Assembly (NCBI RefSeq): GCF_002113885.1
Contig: NW_018479852.1
Coordinates: 1 to 64,000, forward strand
Direction: 5' to 3'
Origin: Mizuhopecten yessoensis
Lineage: Eukaryota
DNA length: 64,000 nt
Below are positions 22,506 through 37,055 of the stretch, piece by piece (position 1 is the first letter of the stretch; the number at the start of each line of letters is the position of its first letter). Made by a program: the position numbers and the translations under genes. A model generated the notes under the pieces. The model did not search any database. It was not told the origin of the DNA and worked only from the letters and a program-made list of their open reading frames with translations.

Positions 22506-24603
22506 CTATATCAAAACTACATAAAAACAAGCAAAATTGACGGTCGATCGTAACAGTAGAAAGTACCGAAATACGCCGATAAAGGTGCCTATTTGGGATG
22601 AATTAGTGTCCAGGGAGATTTCCGCGCGCCCAGGAATTCGGTATTTAACTGTTTTACTTTTTGTCTTCTGATTCATAAAAAGAATGATCGTACCTAGGTG
22701 TGTGCAAAATGTCAGGTCGATCGTAACAGTAGAAAGCACCGAAATACGTCGATACATATTATAGTTACGAGCGAGGAATGAATATCCAGGCAGGTTTTCG
22801 TGCGCCCAGGAATTCGTTATTGGATTTATTTCACTTTTTCTTCTGAGTCATTATTTATATTCACATAGCTGATATATTTTACCTCTTGAAATATATGAAT
22901 GTCAGATAATAAATTTGTTATTGGCAAACTTGAAACGGAACATATATGCCTTATCTTAGGTTATGTTTTTGTTATAAATAATCGTTTATTTGAGCCAAAT
23001 TCCTTATCGGTCATGTGTCTGATACGGTGGGATCAACCACATATAGTACATCAAGTATGAAACGTCCATAATTGACCACCGATTGGTCTGAATTGCGACA
23101 ATACATGGTCAAGCTTGTTTATTAAGAAATACTTGTATTGGAGGGGACCAGGTGCACCTGGCATTGGGAAAAGAAAACCCAGTTCACAATGATTATTGGA
23201 TAACTACTGCCGATAATTACCTGTACATAACAGGTAGACTTATCTGTCACATAAACTACCCACTCAGTCCTCTGATGTTACAGGTGTACTGGATATGGAA
23301 AACAGAAAGCCCAGTCCAGTCGATAGTTACCTGTACATAACCACGGAATTATGTTATCTAAGTCCGTGACTTAACAGATAAACCTGTAGGTAACAGTTGT
23401 ACTGGACCTGGTGAGAGCAAAAACCAGTACACAGCGATAATTGGATAATTACTGCCGATAGTAACCGGTACATAACAGTTACACTTACCTGTATAACTAC
23501 ACACACAGTCCTCTGTTGTAAAAAATATAATGGACATGTTTAAAAACACAGTACGCAACCATTGTAAAAACAACCATACATCTTGCAGTTGTATGCGTTT
23601 TATATATAAAACATTTTAATTAAAAATGTTACGTTTCGTTTTACCAGTTAAATCAAAGGCATAAATTTCAGTTTATTTTTCAATCTTAATTACATTTTAT
23701 GATATATACTTAATGTGTAATAAATGAATTATCAAATAATTTACCACAGTTAAATAATATGTAAACATACAATAAACAATATCTACATAACATTTGTTCT
23801 TTTAGATTTTACTAAAGTAATGCAAATATCTATAACATTTGTTACAATTTAATGATGAGAAGTTAACTTGTCAAATAAAACTGAAAATATGTATATAACT
23901 ATAAAAATACATTAATTAGAGACAGAAGTAATATATATAAAAAATAAAAAAAATACTATTGATTAGGAATATTCAGAACATGTAATGTAAATTGATATTT
24001 GAAATAAATTTGGTGGCAATTATTTATTAAACAGTGTAATAAATATAAATGAATAAATACAATGGGCTCTTATCTAGAACTGCACCCGCGTCATAGAGCA
24101 TGGTAGCATTAGTTCTACAGGTAAGTCCGTACGAGTTAACGTCCCTTTCAATGCATATAGTGCTTGAGCTTGCAAACTTTTATCGACTTATTTCGATAGT
24201 TTGCACTGTTATGATCTACCTGAAAAGTTGCACATAGCTATAGGTAATTGGATATAATTTATATATAAAAATATCTATTAACGAATTCCTGTTCATGCGG
24301 AAACCTACCTAGATACTCCCTGGACACTCATACCTCCATCATAAGCTGCGATGACGTAGATTTCTGACGACGACAGATTTGTTTTTATATATTGCGTCGT
24401 CAGAGCTACGAAGCAGTCCTTTGCCACTAATGGAGCAAAATCAAAAGTACTAATATGTAAAATTACCTATAATTCACGCCTCATATGAGTATAATGTTAT
24501 AAAAATATTGCTTCATTGTTGAAATAACGAATCCTTACCAATGACAAAAACTCTTTCACGAAATTAGCTAAGTCCGTCTTGGGGAAAGAAAAATAGAAAC
24601 GAC

Positions 24604-25954
24604 TGCCATGACGCGTGATGTTATCTCAGTTATCCTTTCTATATATGGCATACATAGCCAAATATAGTATTACTACTGATGACGACATGTTTACTACAAT
24701 TTCCATATTGGGTCATGACACCCATATATAGACGTCTGACCTATATCGGAAGAGAGACGAACTTTCCAACAATACGGTCAAATCAGAATTTGATTGCACT
24801 TGCTACGTTAAATTGATAATTTAATGACATTTTAGGCAGCGTTTAACTTCAGGTTATATAGGATATCAACAGACATCGTTTATACTACATTCCTATTTAT
24901 GGATGCGTACCAATTTGCTGTCAATTAATTCTAAAATCTGCTCCATTACGAGGCATTGGATCGATTTAATACCCAGCCGGGGCAGAGGAGGCCGGGTATT
25001 AATATTCAGTACTACTCCCTTATAAGCATGATATAATTTATTTTGTCGGCGTATTTCGATACTTTGCCCTGTTATGATCAAACTGAAATTTTGCACACAG
25101 CTAGATATGTGAATATTAATAATGAATCAAAAGAAAAATATGAAATAAATGAAATAACGATTTCCTGGACGCGCGAAAACCTCCATGGACACTCATCCCT
25201 TTCTGGACGCTCCCTCGTAAACTTACTATTTATCGACGTATTTTGGTACTTTCTATTACTACGATCGGCCTGAAATTATNTGCCATGACGCGTGATGTTA
25301 TCTCAGTTATCCTTTCTATATATGGCATACATAGCCAAATATAGTATTACTACTGATGACGACATGTTTGCTACAATTTCCATATTGGGTCATGACACCC
25401 ATATATAGACGTCTGACCTATATCGGAAGAGAGACGAACTTTCCAACAATGCGGTCAAATCAGAATTTGATTGCACTTGCTATGTTAAATTGATAATTTA
25501 ATGACATTTTCGGCAGCGTTTAACTTCAGGTTATATAGGATATCAACAAACATAGTTTATACTACATTCCTATTTATGGATGCGTACCAATTTGCTGTCA
25601 ATTAATTCTAAAATCTGCTCCATTACGAGGCATTGGATCGATTTAATACCCAGCCGGGGCAGAGGAGGCCGAGTATTAATATTCAGTACTACTCCCTTAT
25701 AGCATGATATATTTATTTTGTCGGCGTATTTCGATACTTTGCCCTGTTATGATCAAACTGAAATTTTGCACACAGCTAGATATGTGAATATTAATAATGA
25801 ATCAAAAGAAAAATATGAAATAAATGAAATAACGATTTCCTGGACGCGCGAAAACCTCCATGGACACTCATCCCTTTCTGGACACTCCCTCGTAAACTTA
25901 CTATTTATCGACGTATTTTGGTACTTTCTATTACTACGATCGGCCTGAAATTAT
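24604..25954. other. ~676-bp direct duplication split by a single N (25280): probable unmerged contig overlap
   Basis: 24604-25279 repeats at 25281-~25954 with a few SNPs; single copy in the paralogous region 13124-13799. Confidence 0.8.
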
Positions 25955-26604
25955 ACACACACCTAGGTAAGTGCAAAAGCGTGGAAGAAATGAAATAACA
26001 AGTTCCTTGGCGCGCGGAAATCTCCCTGGACACTCATTCCTTCCAAAAAGGCATATTTATCGACGTATTTCGGTTCTTTCTTCTGTTATTATCAACATTT
26101 AATATTGTATACAGCTAGGTAAATGTATAAAATGTATGAATCAGAAAAAAAACGTTATTTTTTTTTTACAAATTCCTGGGGGCGCGAAAACCTCCATGGG
26201 CACTCCCTGGACACTCCCTGGACACTCATAAGGGTCACCCCACTGGCGTAGGCCCCTGTAAATAGTTCGTTATGATCTAATTGTTTCAAATAAGTTTGCC
26301 TGTTCATGTGAACTTTTTATTGTCTTCGATATGTATTTTGTCACATTGATTCAATTTCTTTGTCTCCATTCAACTTTTTTTTCTCATTTTTTGTACAGAT
26401 GACACAGGAAAGTCTTTTTACAGCTGTGTTGGATTTACACACACCGGTATGCGTGTAAGATGTCTTGGATGGACGTTATTGATGAATAATAAATTGTGAA
26501 CCGCTTTGAGACGACCTACGAACTAGGTTGTGATAAAGCGGTATACAATGTATAATAACCTCGAATTATTATTATGTATTATCATTAAGATTGAAAAAGT
26601 GCAT

Positions 26605-27284
26605 CAGCATAGCCCCACATTACTGAAGATCAAGTCAGCATAGCCCAATCTTACAGAAGATCAAGTCAGCATAGTCCCATCTTACAGAATAACAAGTCAG
26701 CATAGCCCCATCTTACAGAAGATCAAGTCAGCATAGCCCCATCTTACAGAAGATCAAGTCAGCATAGCACAATCTTACAGAAGATCAAGTCAGCATAGCC
26801 CTATCCTACAGAAGATCAAGTTAGCATAGCCCCATCTAACAGAAGCTCAAGTCAGCATAGCCCCATCTTACAGAAGATCAAGTCAGCATAGCCCAATCTT
26901 ACAGAAGATCAAGTCAGCATAGTCCCACCTTACAGAAGATCAAGTCAGCATAGCCCAATCTTACATAAGATCAAGTCAGCATAGTCCCATCTTACAGAAT
27001 AACAAGTCAGCATAACCCTATCTCACAGAAGATCAAGTCAGCATAGCCCAATCTTACAAAAGATCAAGTCAGCATAGCCCCATCTTACAGAAGATCAAGT
27101 CAGCATAGTCCCATCTAACATAAGCTCAAGTCAGCATAGTCCCATCTTACAGAAGATCAAGTCAGCATAGCCCCATCTTACCGAAGATCAAGTCAGCATA
27201 GCCCCATCTCACAGAAGATCAAGTCAGCATAGCCCCATCTCACAGAAGATCAAGTCAGCATAGCCCCGGGCATCTTACAGAAAA
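26605..27284. repeat. 31-bp minisatellite, ~21 units (paralog of 14453-15440)
   Basis: Same unit and same flanks. Confidence 0.97.
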
Positions 27285-28900
27285 TCAAGAATATTTTTGA
27301 ATTTTTGTATTGACTTTTTGCGTGTTTATTGACATCGTCCGTCATTTGTAGATATTGTTTGAATAAACTTGTTTTGTTTTTGCCCCACTCACATAATAAC
27401 TATTGTAAATTACAAAGCCAATGATTGTTAAAAAGTGATTTAATTCATTAGAGTTCGGGTATTCGTTTTTGTATCCAATTGCTATGTTTTTTAGAGTCAA
27501 CATATCTTTTTAATTTCCTAGTTTTTCAAAAATGTATCTGATTTTAAATTTTGTAAATATTTACATTTTATGAAAAAATGTTTTTAATCTTCTATAGTGT
27601 TGCAAACATTACAGTTTGGTGTATCTCTTATTTGCCATTGATGCAGAATTTGCTTTGATATAAGGATTTTGTTTATTTATTTCCATTTATATTCCTTCAG
27701 CTTGTTTTTTTTTAAGTAGTGAAGACAAAATTATTTGTAAATTTGAATTGGGCATCTGTTTTATTGCATTTGTTCTCCCAGTATATTCTTGCGATTGATT
27801 TTTCAGATTTCTTTCAATTTTTACTTTAAAGTTATGCGTGTTAACATTACTTTCTTTAATTTTTGTTAGTCGAGTTTTTGGTATTGCTTTTAACTATGGA
27901 TAGTTTTGATAGCAAATTAGTGCGTTTTTGCAAATTTTTCATATATTCTTCTATAATTTATTTCTACATTGTGTTGAAATTGATCCTTGATAGGAACAAT
28001 GTCTGATTCTATCCATTTTTAAAAAATATATGGTTTTACCTTCCATCTTGATATGTCTATTCCCCCATATAATTTGAGCTAACATGGTGTTATAATGTTT
28101 TGGTTCTTGGTTTGGTGCTCGTGGTTTGATCAATGTTGCTATGATTTCATAGTAAAAAGGAGAAAGCTTTTCACTTTTTGGAAGATTTTTAAGTTGTCTA
28201 GATTCATTTTACATATATGCATAATTTTGCCGAAAGTGTTTAGTTGTAGCATTGGGATAGTTTTCCATTATGCTGCTTCCTCTGCTACCAGTTTTTTTCA
28301 GCCAGGTTTTTCGTAATGTATCAATATTTGATCTTATATCGATTGAGTTGATCCCGCCTTCAGTGTATGGTCTGATTGATGTATTTCTTTTTACTCTTTC
28401 TTTAGTTATGATTTTACTATTTGTATTCTCCCTATTATAGTAAGTTTTCTGATTTTCCATTTGTTTATTAGTTTTTTTAACTTTATCCAGTTTACTTTTC
28501 CAATTTAAGTGTAGTGTTTGTTACTTATTTAGTCCAAAGTGAACTCCCAGTGCTTTGATTGTTATATCAATCCATGCGTTTCCGTCAAAATTGTCGTCGA
28601 TCTGTGTCTTATTACCTAGTATGAGTCCTTTTGACTTCTCTCTATTCAATATTAGACCAGAGTAGGTTCCGAATGTTTCTATTATATTTAGTGATTTAGT
28701 AATATATTTTTTTGTCTTTAAGAACAGTGTTGTGTCGTCTGCTAGTTGAGATATTTGTATGGTATGTTTTGCTGATTTTGTATTGTTATTCCTTGTACGT
28801 TTTGATTACTTTTGATTCTTATAGCCATTTCCTCTGCTGCCATAACAAACAATAATGCGGATGCAGGACAATCCTGCCATAAATCTCGGCACTACTTTTT
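27285..28900 (-). mobile_element. Decayed L1/Tx1-clade LINE ORF2 (RT and C-terminal part)
   Basis: Minus strand TIQISQLADDTTLFL, GTYSGLILNREKS, RPYTEGGINSIDIR..WLK, ALLFVMAAEEMAI. Confidence 0.8.
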
Positions 28901-29820
28901 CCGAATTAAGGATACCTGATGCATAATACTAATGACTTTTTTTATCAAAGGAAGATTTCAATTAACAATACAAAAATTATTATAAATTATAATTATAACA
29001 GTTAGCGTTTTCAGTAGGTTCAGGACAACTCCTACGCATCAGGAAGACATATTGATGTTAAATAAGATCCATGCCGACTGAATGTGTAAGGTGTGGAGGT
29101 GAAACTTGAACATTTGATACAAGGAGTTTGATACCAGACCTAATCATACCAGACATAATGACGATACGACACCAGGGATTCTTTACCCATCACAACACTA
29201 AGTTGGTGCATTCAACGTAGATATAGTAGGTTTATTTTGTGAATGGATAACAAAACGGACCAGTCCCCTCCCACTATGCCTCAAAGGATGGTTGGGTCAT
29301 TATTCTTCGATGAGTTTTCAATATTTCGATTGCACAAACGTAGTTTAACATTGTCCCTTTTTCTGAATCAACTAAAATACACGCTCAGGTCTTACATGCG
29401 GTAATATGTAATGGTAATTATGACTGCTTTAACACACAAAGGTAAATAGCATTCTAAAAATATGATCAGGATGCTTAAGACTACAAAATCAACCAAATAT
29501 TTCAAATGCCGTATATCAAGAACCTCTTGGTGAATTTTCATTCAGTTAATGAATATTAAATATGTTTTTTAGTATTAAATAACAAATACAATAAAAAAGA
29601 TTGTGGTAGAACTTATAAGTTTTCTTTAGCGTATTTCTAAGTTACATGTAATTGGGGTATCCAGGATGTTCTTACCTGCATATCAGTCATTAGCTGCATG
29701 GACGCACGCTATTTGTTAATAATCTTACTATTTACTACTATTAATAAAAGTTATTACTATATAAATGTAATATGTGCAAATAGTGTTGTGCGACTATGTA
29801 TACTTGTCGGATGAAGATTT

Positions 29821-29964
29821 ATTTCCCCTTTTTGCAGACATCACGTGATCTAACCTTAACATGGTGTAACTTACCAGAAGGAAACCGAAACAGTGTTTCT
29901 TTAAATTAAAGAAACGACTTAAACATTTCAACGTAATCAGCATTTGGCTAAGATAAAGGTATGT
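29821..29964 (+). promoter_or_regulatory. Conserved upstream module of copy 3: putative promoter/non-coding first exon with donor AAG|GTATGT (29959)
   Basis: Homologous blocks precede copies 4 and 5; contains TCACGTGA (29841) and GGAAACCGAAAC (29880); every ATG exon is preceded by a splice acceptor, so a 5' exon is required. Confidence 0.7.
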
Positions 29965-31628
29965 CCTATATATTATTAATAGGCAATTAATTTTAGATAT
30001 CTGAATGCAAGGAAGATTTTTAATTATCTAATGTTATGTCTACACAAACCGAAAGCACTTGAAGTAAGGAATGTGTATCAAAGGCCACTGTATTTTATAG
30101 AGAATTGAATTACTGTCTGAAGAATATGGTTACATGGGTTTTGAGCATTTGTTGTTATAGTGTTTTTGTTTGGAGATGGCTAATAAATCATAACGTAGTT
30201 TCCTGAATAGAAATCAAAACTAATAAAGTGGATCCCAGACGGGAAATTCCTTGATTTTGGAGGACTACTGTAAAAGCATAATATTTCGTTGGGGATATAC
30301 TTTTGTTTATTTTAGGGTTTAATAAAATCCACGAAATATAATCCGAGCTTAATTTTAAGCTCACGAAATACTAACTAAATGAAATATTAAATAAGCAATT
30401 AATTTTATTTCAAAATTCATGGTGTATTTGCATCTAAGAACAAGTCATGATTAACGGTGTAATTATTGTTACAGGCACAGAGTTAAACTCTCATAACAAC
30501 AGCGTTAAATGCGTAACACAGTTACTTTTATACAGGTACATGTACGTCTATGTGAGTCTACAAAGTAAACATTACGTGTATATCTCTTTTTGTATATAAG
30601 ATATAGAGCGTGACGGATTTGTCCGATACCCTTCAAGTGCGTTAATCTCGCCCGATCTTACCTGCACTGTCGATATAAACTTCTAACTTACCAGAAACAA
30701 ATACAGGGTTTTAAAATATTGTTTCCATGAAATATAATCCTAACGAATTTGTCCCAATACAAAAACATCGAAGTTTAACCTCAACAAAAATATATGATTT
30801 TACACTAGTATCGGCAAGGTGAAATGTGATAAAAAAAAATACTGTTTCATTTAATCTATAATAGTTTATGTTTGAGTCTGAGAGATAAAAGACGCTGTAC
30901 AAACGTTTGGAGACAACTAAACCGTGAAACTACATTACAAACAGTTTTGTGGCAGTAATTTGACTGATTAAATACCTCTCTTTTAAAAATATTTAAAACA
31001 TATACTTCTCTAAGTCGAAAATTAAGTATATTAGAAGGGGAAAACCTTCCAGTAAGCTATCATACTGAAATTTCCCTTCGAAACTGTCACCGCCGATGGT
31101 ATAACTGCGGCGAAACGTTTAACCGCTAATTGACAAATACTTCAGTCACTTACTTTGATAATTTATTTTGAGGTGTAGATATTCGAGTATACACATTAAT
31201 TGCCAACATAAGTAACCAACAGTTTCTATATTGAATACTTGGTATTATGTAAGAAAGTACACATTACTGCACACGTACACACTTGTAATACGTAAACAAC
31301 ATGGATATTCAATCACGCGTAGGTTGTATACAAGCGGTACCTTTAAATGTTATTCAACATGAGACAGGCCTTTTGTCAAGTGTATGCATACGTTATATAA
31401 AATCAATGTTAACTAGTTTGTAGACATTCTTTAACGGCAATGAAAAAGACGGCATGTCATAACATTGTTTCTTTGAGTTATCAGATGATTTGACACTTAA
31501 AGCTTAATACCCGTGAAGTTAATATGTGATATGTCGAATATAATATGGTTTTATCCCGTCATAGATGCTGATCCCAAGGGCTCTTATATCGGAACTCTTG
31601 TATTTAAGCCTCATCGACGATTAATTAT

Positions 31629-31749
31629 GAAATTTTGTTTTTAGAAATCAATCATTAAATAGTTTAAAAAATGAAATACTTAAATCAAAACGATTTAAGT
31701 ATTTCATTTTTTAAACTATTTAATAATTGATTTCTAAAAACAAAATTTC
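31629..31749. repeat. 58-bp-arm inverted repeat (one mismatch), paralog of 16918-17038
   Basis: Read directly. Confidence 0.95.
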
Positions 31750-32091
31750 GCTTCAATATGGTTGCGCTAATAGATGGTTTTGTATAATTTGAGAGTGCGC
31801 AAATTTATAAATGCGTCATTACATGTATATTATAAAATTCGGTAATACGCTCAGATTTGAGTCAGCTAAAATAAGGACTTTAACTTATGATGTTTTCAAA
31901 ATCGATACGCATTTCTTATTTTTTATAAAACAGAATTATTTCTTTTCAACAATATAACAAAAAAATAAGACCAAGATTAAATTATCTTATCTATATTTCA
32001 TAGATTGTAGGATATAGCATATTGCAATCGAAACGAAATCAATGATATGTTTTTCATTATTGAATTTGCTATAATATTTCAGACAACAAGA

Positions 32092-33808
32092 ATGACTTCA
32101 AGGAAGAAGAAAGACTACATGAAAGTGTTGTCAATAACAGAGTGTAACATCTGCCATTTGGATTTATCCGACCCTCGTCGGATAGAGTGTGGACACACCT
32201 TCTGTCTCCATTGTTTAGGTAAACACGTAAGTTCTTCGTCTTCTTGTCCAACTTGTAAACGACCTATGAAACCAACATCTGGAAAGGTCGAAAATTATCC
32301 TGTTGCTATGGAAATAGTACACCTTCTGCAGACACTTCAGAAGGTTGCAAGTTGCAGCAATATTGCAGGTGAGGAAGAGGATAAAACAGGGGAAGAGGAT
32401 GAGTACCAATATGTGGAGCTTGATACTGATCAAGATGAGGTAAAGACTAAGACATTACCTCAACAATCAAAGTCTGTCATGTCGAACGATGTATGCGATA
32501 TACATGGACAAAGACTGGTATCTGTTTGTACCACTTGTGATGATGAACTCATCTGCGACAAATGCAGCATCCATTCGACCCACAATAAACAAGAGATATC
32601 TGAACATAATAGGCATCTCAAGCGACTACTCGAAAAACAAAGAGCGGATTTACTCCAACGGGAAAAGGATGACGTAGCAGAAGAAGAAACGTTGCAGGAA
32701 ATGATCGAAAAGCAAGTTCAACAAAGGGAAATAATTAAAGACGAGATAGAAGAAATTACCGAGGAAATTTTTACACAAATTCACATGAAAAAGGAAGAAA
32801 TGCTTCGACCTATTGAGGAAAAGGCAGACGAATACGTCAAACAACTGACGGAGAGGCAGGAGGATATCAAAGACAGGCTATCTGAGTTTAGTCACATCAG
32901 CAACAGGATTGGAAAACTTTCGCATGATGACACAACAGACTACAGCAGAAAAGCAAAAAGATTGGTTAAACAAGCAAACATTGCACTCCTGATAGAAAAC
33001 AAACCTGTACCACGTTACCAGAACATTGAGTTCACCAAGAATGACACAGTCCTAGAAGATCTGTCACAACTTCAGTTAGGTGATGTAAGGATAGATGAAG
33101 TATCAATAGCGCAGGACGAGGAGGGTACAGCGTCCGACTTCTTTCCTGATGGGGAGAAAGTGTACGTGAATGATGTGTACCCGGACGATGTCTACACGTA
33201 CGATGATTCAATCTTACCTCCTCCACCAGCTCCTGTAAGACCAAAACCGGGAAAATCGTATCATCCATTACCTACACCAATGGCACCACCAACTATGGAT
33301 GTTCCTTCTTTATTTCCTCGCCCTCGTCCTCCACTTCCTCCACGACCTCAAAATCAATATCAAAATCAAAGTCCCCCAGCAGCTAAAAACGAAGAGAAAA
33401 TCTACCATGACCTGGACGATTCTCTATCTGATAATACTATACGGAATCAAAAGCATGACACGGAACCTCTGGAACAGAAAGAAGATATACCGGACAGCCA
33501 TTTCAATCCACCGCCATTATCTCCCTTTTCAGGAACATTTCGAAAATCGGCCTCTAAAGCAATTGACAACCGTGCATTTCCACAGAAATTGCTTCACCGT
33601 GTATTCCTCCCCTTTAGACCCTCGGGGTTCACGGTTGTTCGAGGTTCTCTGGGACACTACTACACATTTGTCACAGATGATTACCACGTGAAAATGTTCA
33701 GAGAGAATGGAGACTTCTATAGGACAATCACAGATCTCGTCCGGGCGTTCGATGCTGCAAGCCAACAACATGGCGAAGGCTTGACGCTTTTGTACATAAC
33801 GGATGAAG
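32092..33808 (+). CDS. TRIM-NHL copy 3, coding exon 1
   Basis: Intact ORF; acceptor tttcag at 32082; RING, B-box, coiled coil; donor G|GTAAAT at 33809. Confidence 0.92.
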
Positions 33809-34161
33809 GTAAATGATAACAGCTATCTACCTTTTGTAGTTGGAATATTAATAAAATAGATGGTGAGTCAAAATAATGGCAATGTTTAATGAAGGTGAAC
33901 TACAACCATTACAACACAATTTGGTGGATATATGAACTTAATTATGCAAGAAAGGTGTCGCTTGGGAATTCAAAAATCATATTAAAACTTCGTTTTTACG
34001 ATTATAGATGTTGTAACATATCCTTTTTTTATTAAGGATACCGTTTGTAAAATAAATTGCATTGATAAGTCATTCATGTACATGAATATAACACAATGCA
34101 ACATTTCTATTGAAATAAATTTCTATGCGTCTTATTAAACTGACAAATTATTTTATTTTAG

Positions 34162-34715
34162 GACGAAGGACAGGAGATGGAAGTGTCAGGGTGTATACCT
34201 CCGAGGGAGAATTCCAGAAAGTGTTGGTTGGAAAGCTCAAGAAACCACAAGGAATTTCCATATCACGAGTGGGACTCGTTTACGTATGTGACGAAGCAAA
34301 TATCCTTGTGTTTTGTCCAAAAACGGGGAAAAGAAAGAGGATCATTTCTACCATCGGGAGGGATCCAATTTTTGTATGCCCTTTGTATGTGATGGTGAGC
34401 GCCACTGGGAAGATTCTAGTCTCCGATGTTGGCACAAGAGAGCTCAAAATCCATGACGAAACCCGAAAGTACACCGACAAATTCAAACCAGATGAGGACG
34501 AAGGGGAGCTTTACACAAGCTTTACTCCTGGAATGTGTGCCGAGGATTCTTCTTCGAATTATTACGTCATTGACCAAGAGAGAAACATTCTTTATATATT
34601 GCGCGGTGGGGGGAGGTCAGAGAAGCTAGCGCTACCACAAAAACCTCAGGGGCACGATGGAATACCAACAGCTGTATCTTTCGCCAACGATACAGGGAAC
34701 ATTGTAGTGTTTTAG
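34162..34715 (+). CDS. TRIM-NHL copy 3, coding exon 2 (spliced ~756 aa)
   Basis: Acceptor ttttag at 34161; 554-nt NHL exon. Confidence 0.9.
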
Positions 34716-37055
34716 ACAAAAGATATACAGGATGTTGTTTTGATAAAACAAATGATTTTTGTATATACCCAAACGTACGTTTTACCGCGAATAACACCAC
34801 AACGCCAATCACGTCGTCTGCAATGATAGACGTCAGATATGCCCGGACGTTTTCCGATGTGATGTTAGAGGTCCATCCTTTCATGTTTATGTTATAGTAA
34901 CTGAGTTCAATATATTTTTTGACGGTCAGATTAAGGATTAGTATTTAAAAGACATACAGCTTGGTAATAGATATAAGCAGCCCATACATATATAGGGTAT
35001 TGATACAAACAATATACTTGCATATGATAAAGTCCAGATATGTTACTACAAAAACTACTGGAGTTGTTTGTAAATACACAATATGACTAATTTTGCTTGT
35101 TTTTTTGAGCGGTTTTATGTCCGCTTCACTACCGAGTAGTTCGGTTATCCAGCAGACGAGTGTGACTTATTACTCATTTGTCTGTTATACATGTGGATTT
35201 AGTTTAAATGACCCAAAGAAAATACGATAAACAGTAGTCTCGCTTTGTTGTAAAAATCAATATCTGTCCAGGAGATCTAATACAAGATAAGCTGTAATCA
35301 GTTGTTGGTAATCATCTACATCAAAAAAACCGATTAGTCACTTTTAAGGACATATGGTATTTTTTACATCACACCACATCTGTTGTTCCACCCGTCAAGG
35401 TATTAAAATGTTATAATCATAAGATAATTATCACTTTTGCGATGTTTCCTTTAGTTTAAACATGTTTTATTGTACAAAGATACTAATCGATTAAACAACA
35501 AGTTATTTCAACTTAATAAAGTACTATCCCGAAATGGAGCGATGTTTCATTCGCTTATCTAAACGGCCTTTACTGTAATTGAACTTGCTTTAAAGTGTTG
35601 TTCATCAAAAGTTTAATATTCCTAATGTAAATAAACAGATATGATAATAATAGAGATGACATACTTCGGATCCCTGGCGAACTACTGGCAAACACTGTAA
35701 ATAACTTCAACAATTAATTCTAAATCACTATCAATTATCTCAATTCAGTCTTTGTTTCCAATATAAATTGTCAGTTATGCAAAGACATAAAATCTAAATT
35801 CAATTGTTTGTGCAATGTTTTTTGGAATACCCCTTATATTCAATATTTGTTATCGGATGGTCGAGTAACGCAGTGGATGGAACACTTGCCTTGGCGTCCG
35901 GGTTTCAATTCCCCGATCGGACGGTATGGTAAGGGGTCACCTTCCCGTCCACCTGGGATTTCTCCGATTATTTCGCTTTCCTCCGATATCAAGATACCCG
36001 CGCGCTTAAATATAATTTTATAATTGTTGTAAAATGTATAAAGTTGAAAGATATTATATAATATTTTTTATATACTATTCAATATTCGATTCTATTAGTT
36101 GTCACGTGATGTTTACATTTTCGATCAGATCAGGCATATAGCAGCACGATAGAAAACCTGAGTGTTCCAAGGGTTGGGGGTCCTTGGCAGCGAGGTCTGC
36201 TCAGGTCTTATCGTGCGATATGTTATATATGCTTAGTAAATTATTACACACTAGGCTACATTTAACGTTTTTCCGTTGATAAAAAGGTCTCAATCAGCTG
36301 ATAAGCCATATTGGCCTGGTTAATGTAGACCTAGACGTATTGGGTTGGGGAGGTCGATACTTTATCAGAAAGGTTTGTTCACACTCCACATCATATTTGT
36401 AAACTAAGAAATAGAAATATTTGTGAAAATTATGTTTACATTTACATATAACACTCGCATATGGCAGAATGACCTGATTTTTCCAAGGGTTTTGGGGCCT
36501 CCTACCGGCGAGGTCTGTTCAGGTCTCATGCTTGCATCCTAGCCCGTAGCTGCGATAACGTGGCTTTCTGACGACGAGAGAGTTTTTTTATATATATTGC
36601 GTCGTCAGACGCGGGGCATAGTCGCCCGGTTGTTAATTTTAATACTACCTTGCCCGGTCACCCTAATGAGTGTCCAGGGAGGTTTTCGGGCGCCCAGGAA
36701 TTCGTTATTTTACTTTTTTTTTTACTTTTTTCTTCTGGTTCATACATTTATACACTTTCCTAGCTGTATGTACTGCTATTTCGGACATTCACATTTATCA
36801 ACAAAGAATTTGTCATCCAATTGTTTAAAAGTCTAGTGCGGCCACATTTGGAAAGAACAAATTGCTATTGAAAATGTCCAACGCAGGGCAACAAGACGCC
36901 TACCAATCTTTAAAGGACAGTCCTACAGTGAAAGACTTTGTGCACTGGGCCTCCTAAGTTTAGAATATAGATTGACAGGAGATGTCGTGTAAATCTATAA
37001 AATCATCAATGACATTGACATTTTTGACAAAAACAACATGATTAAAATGGCTGCA

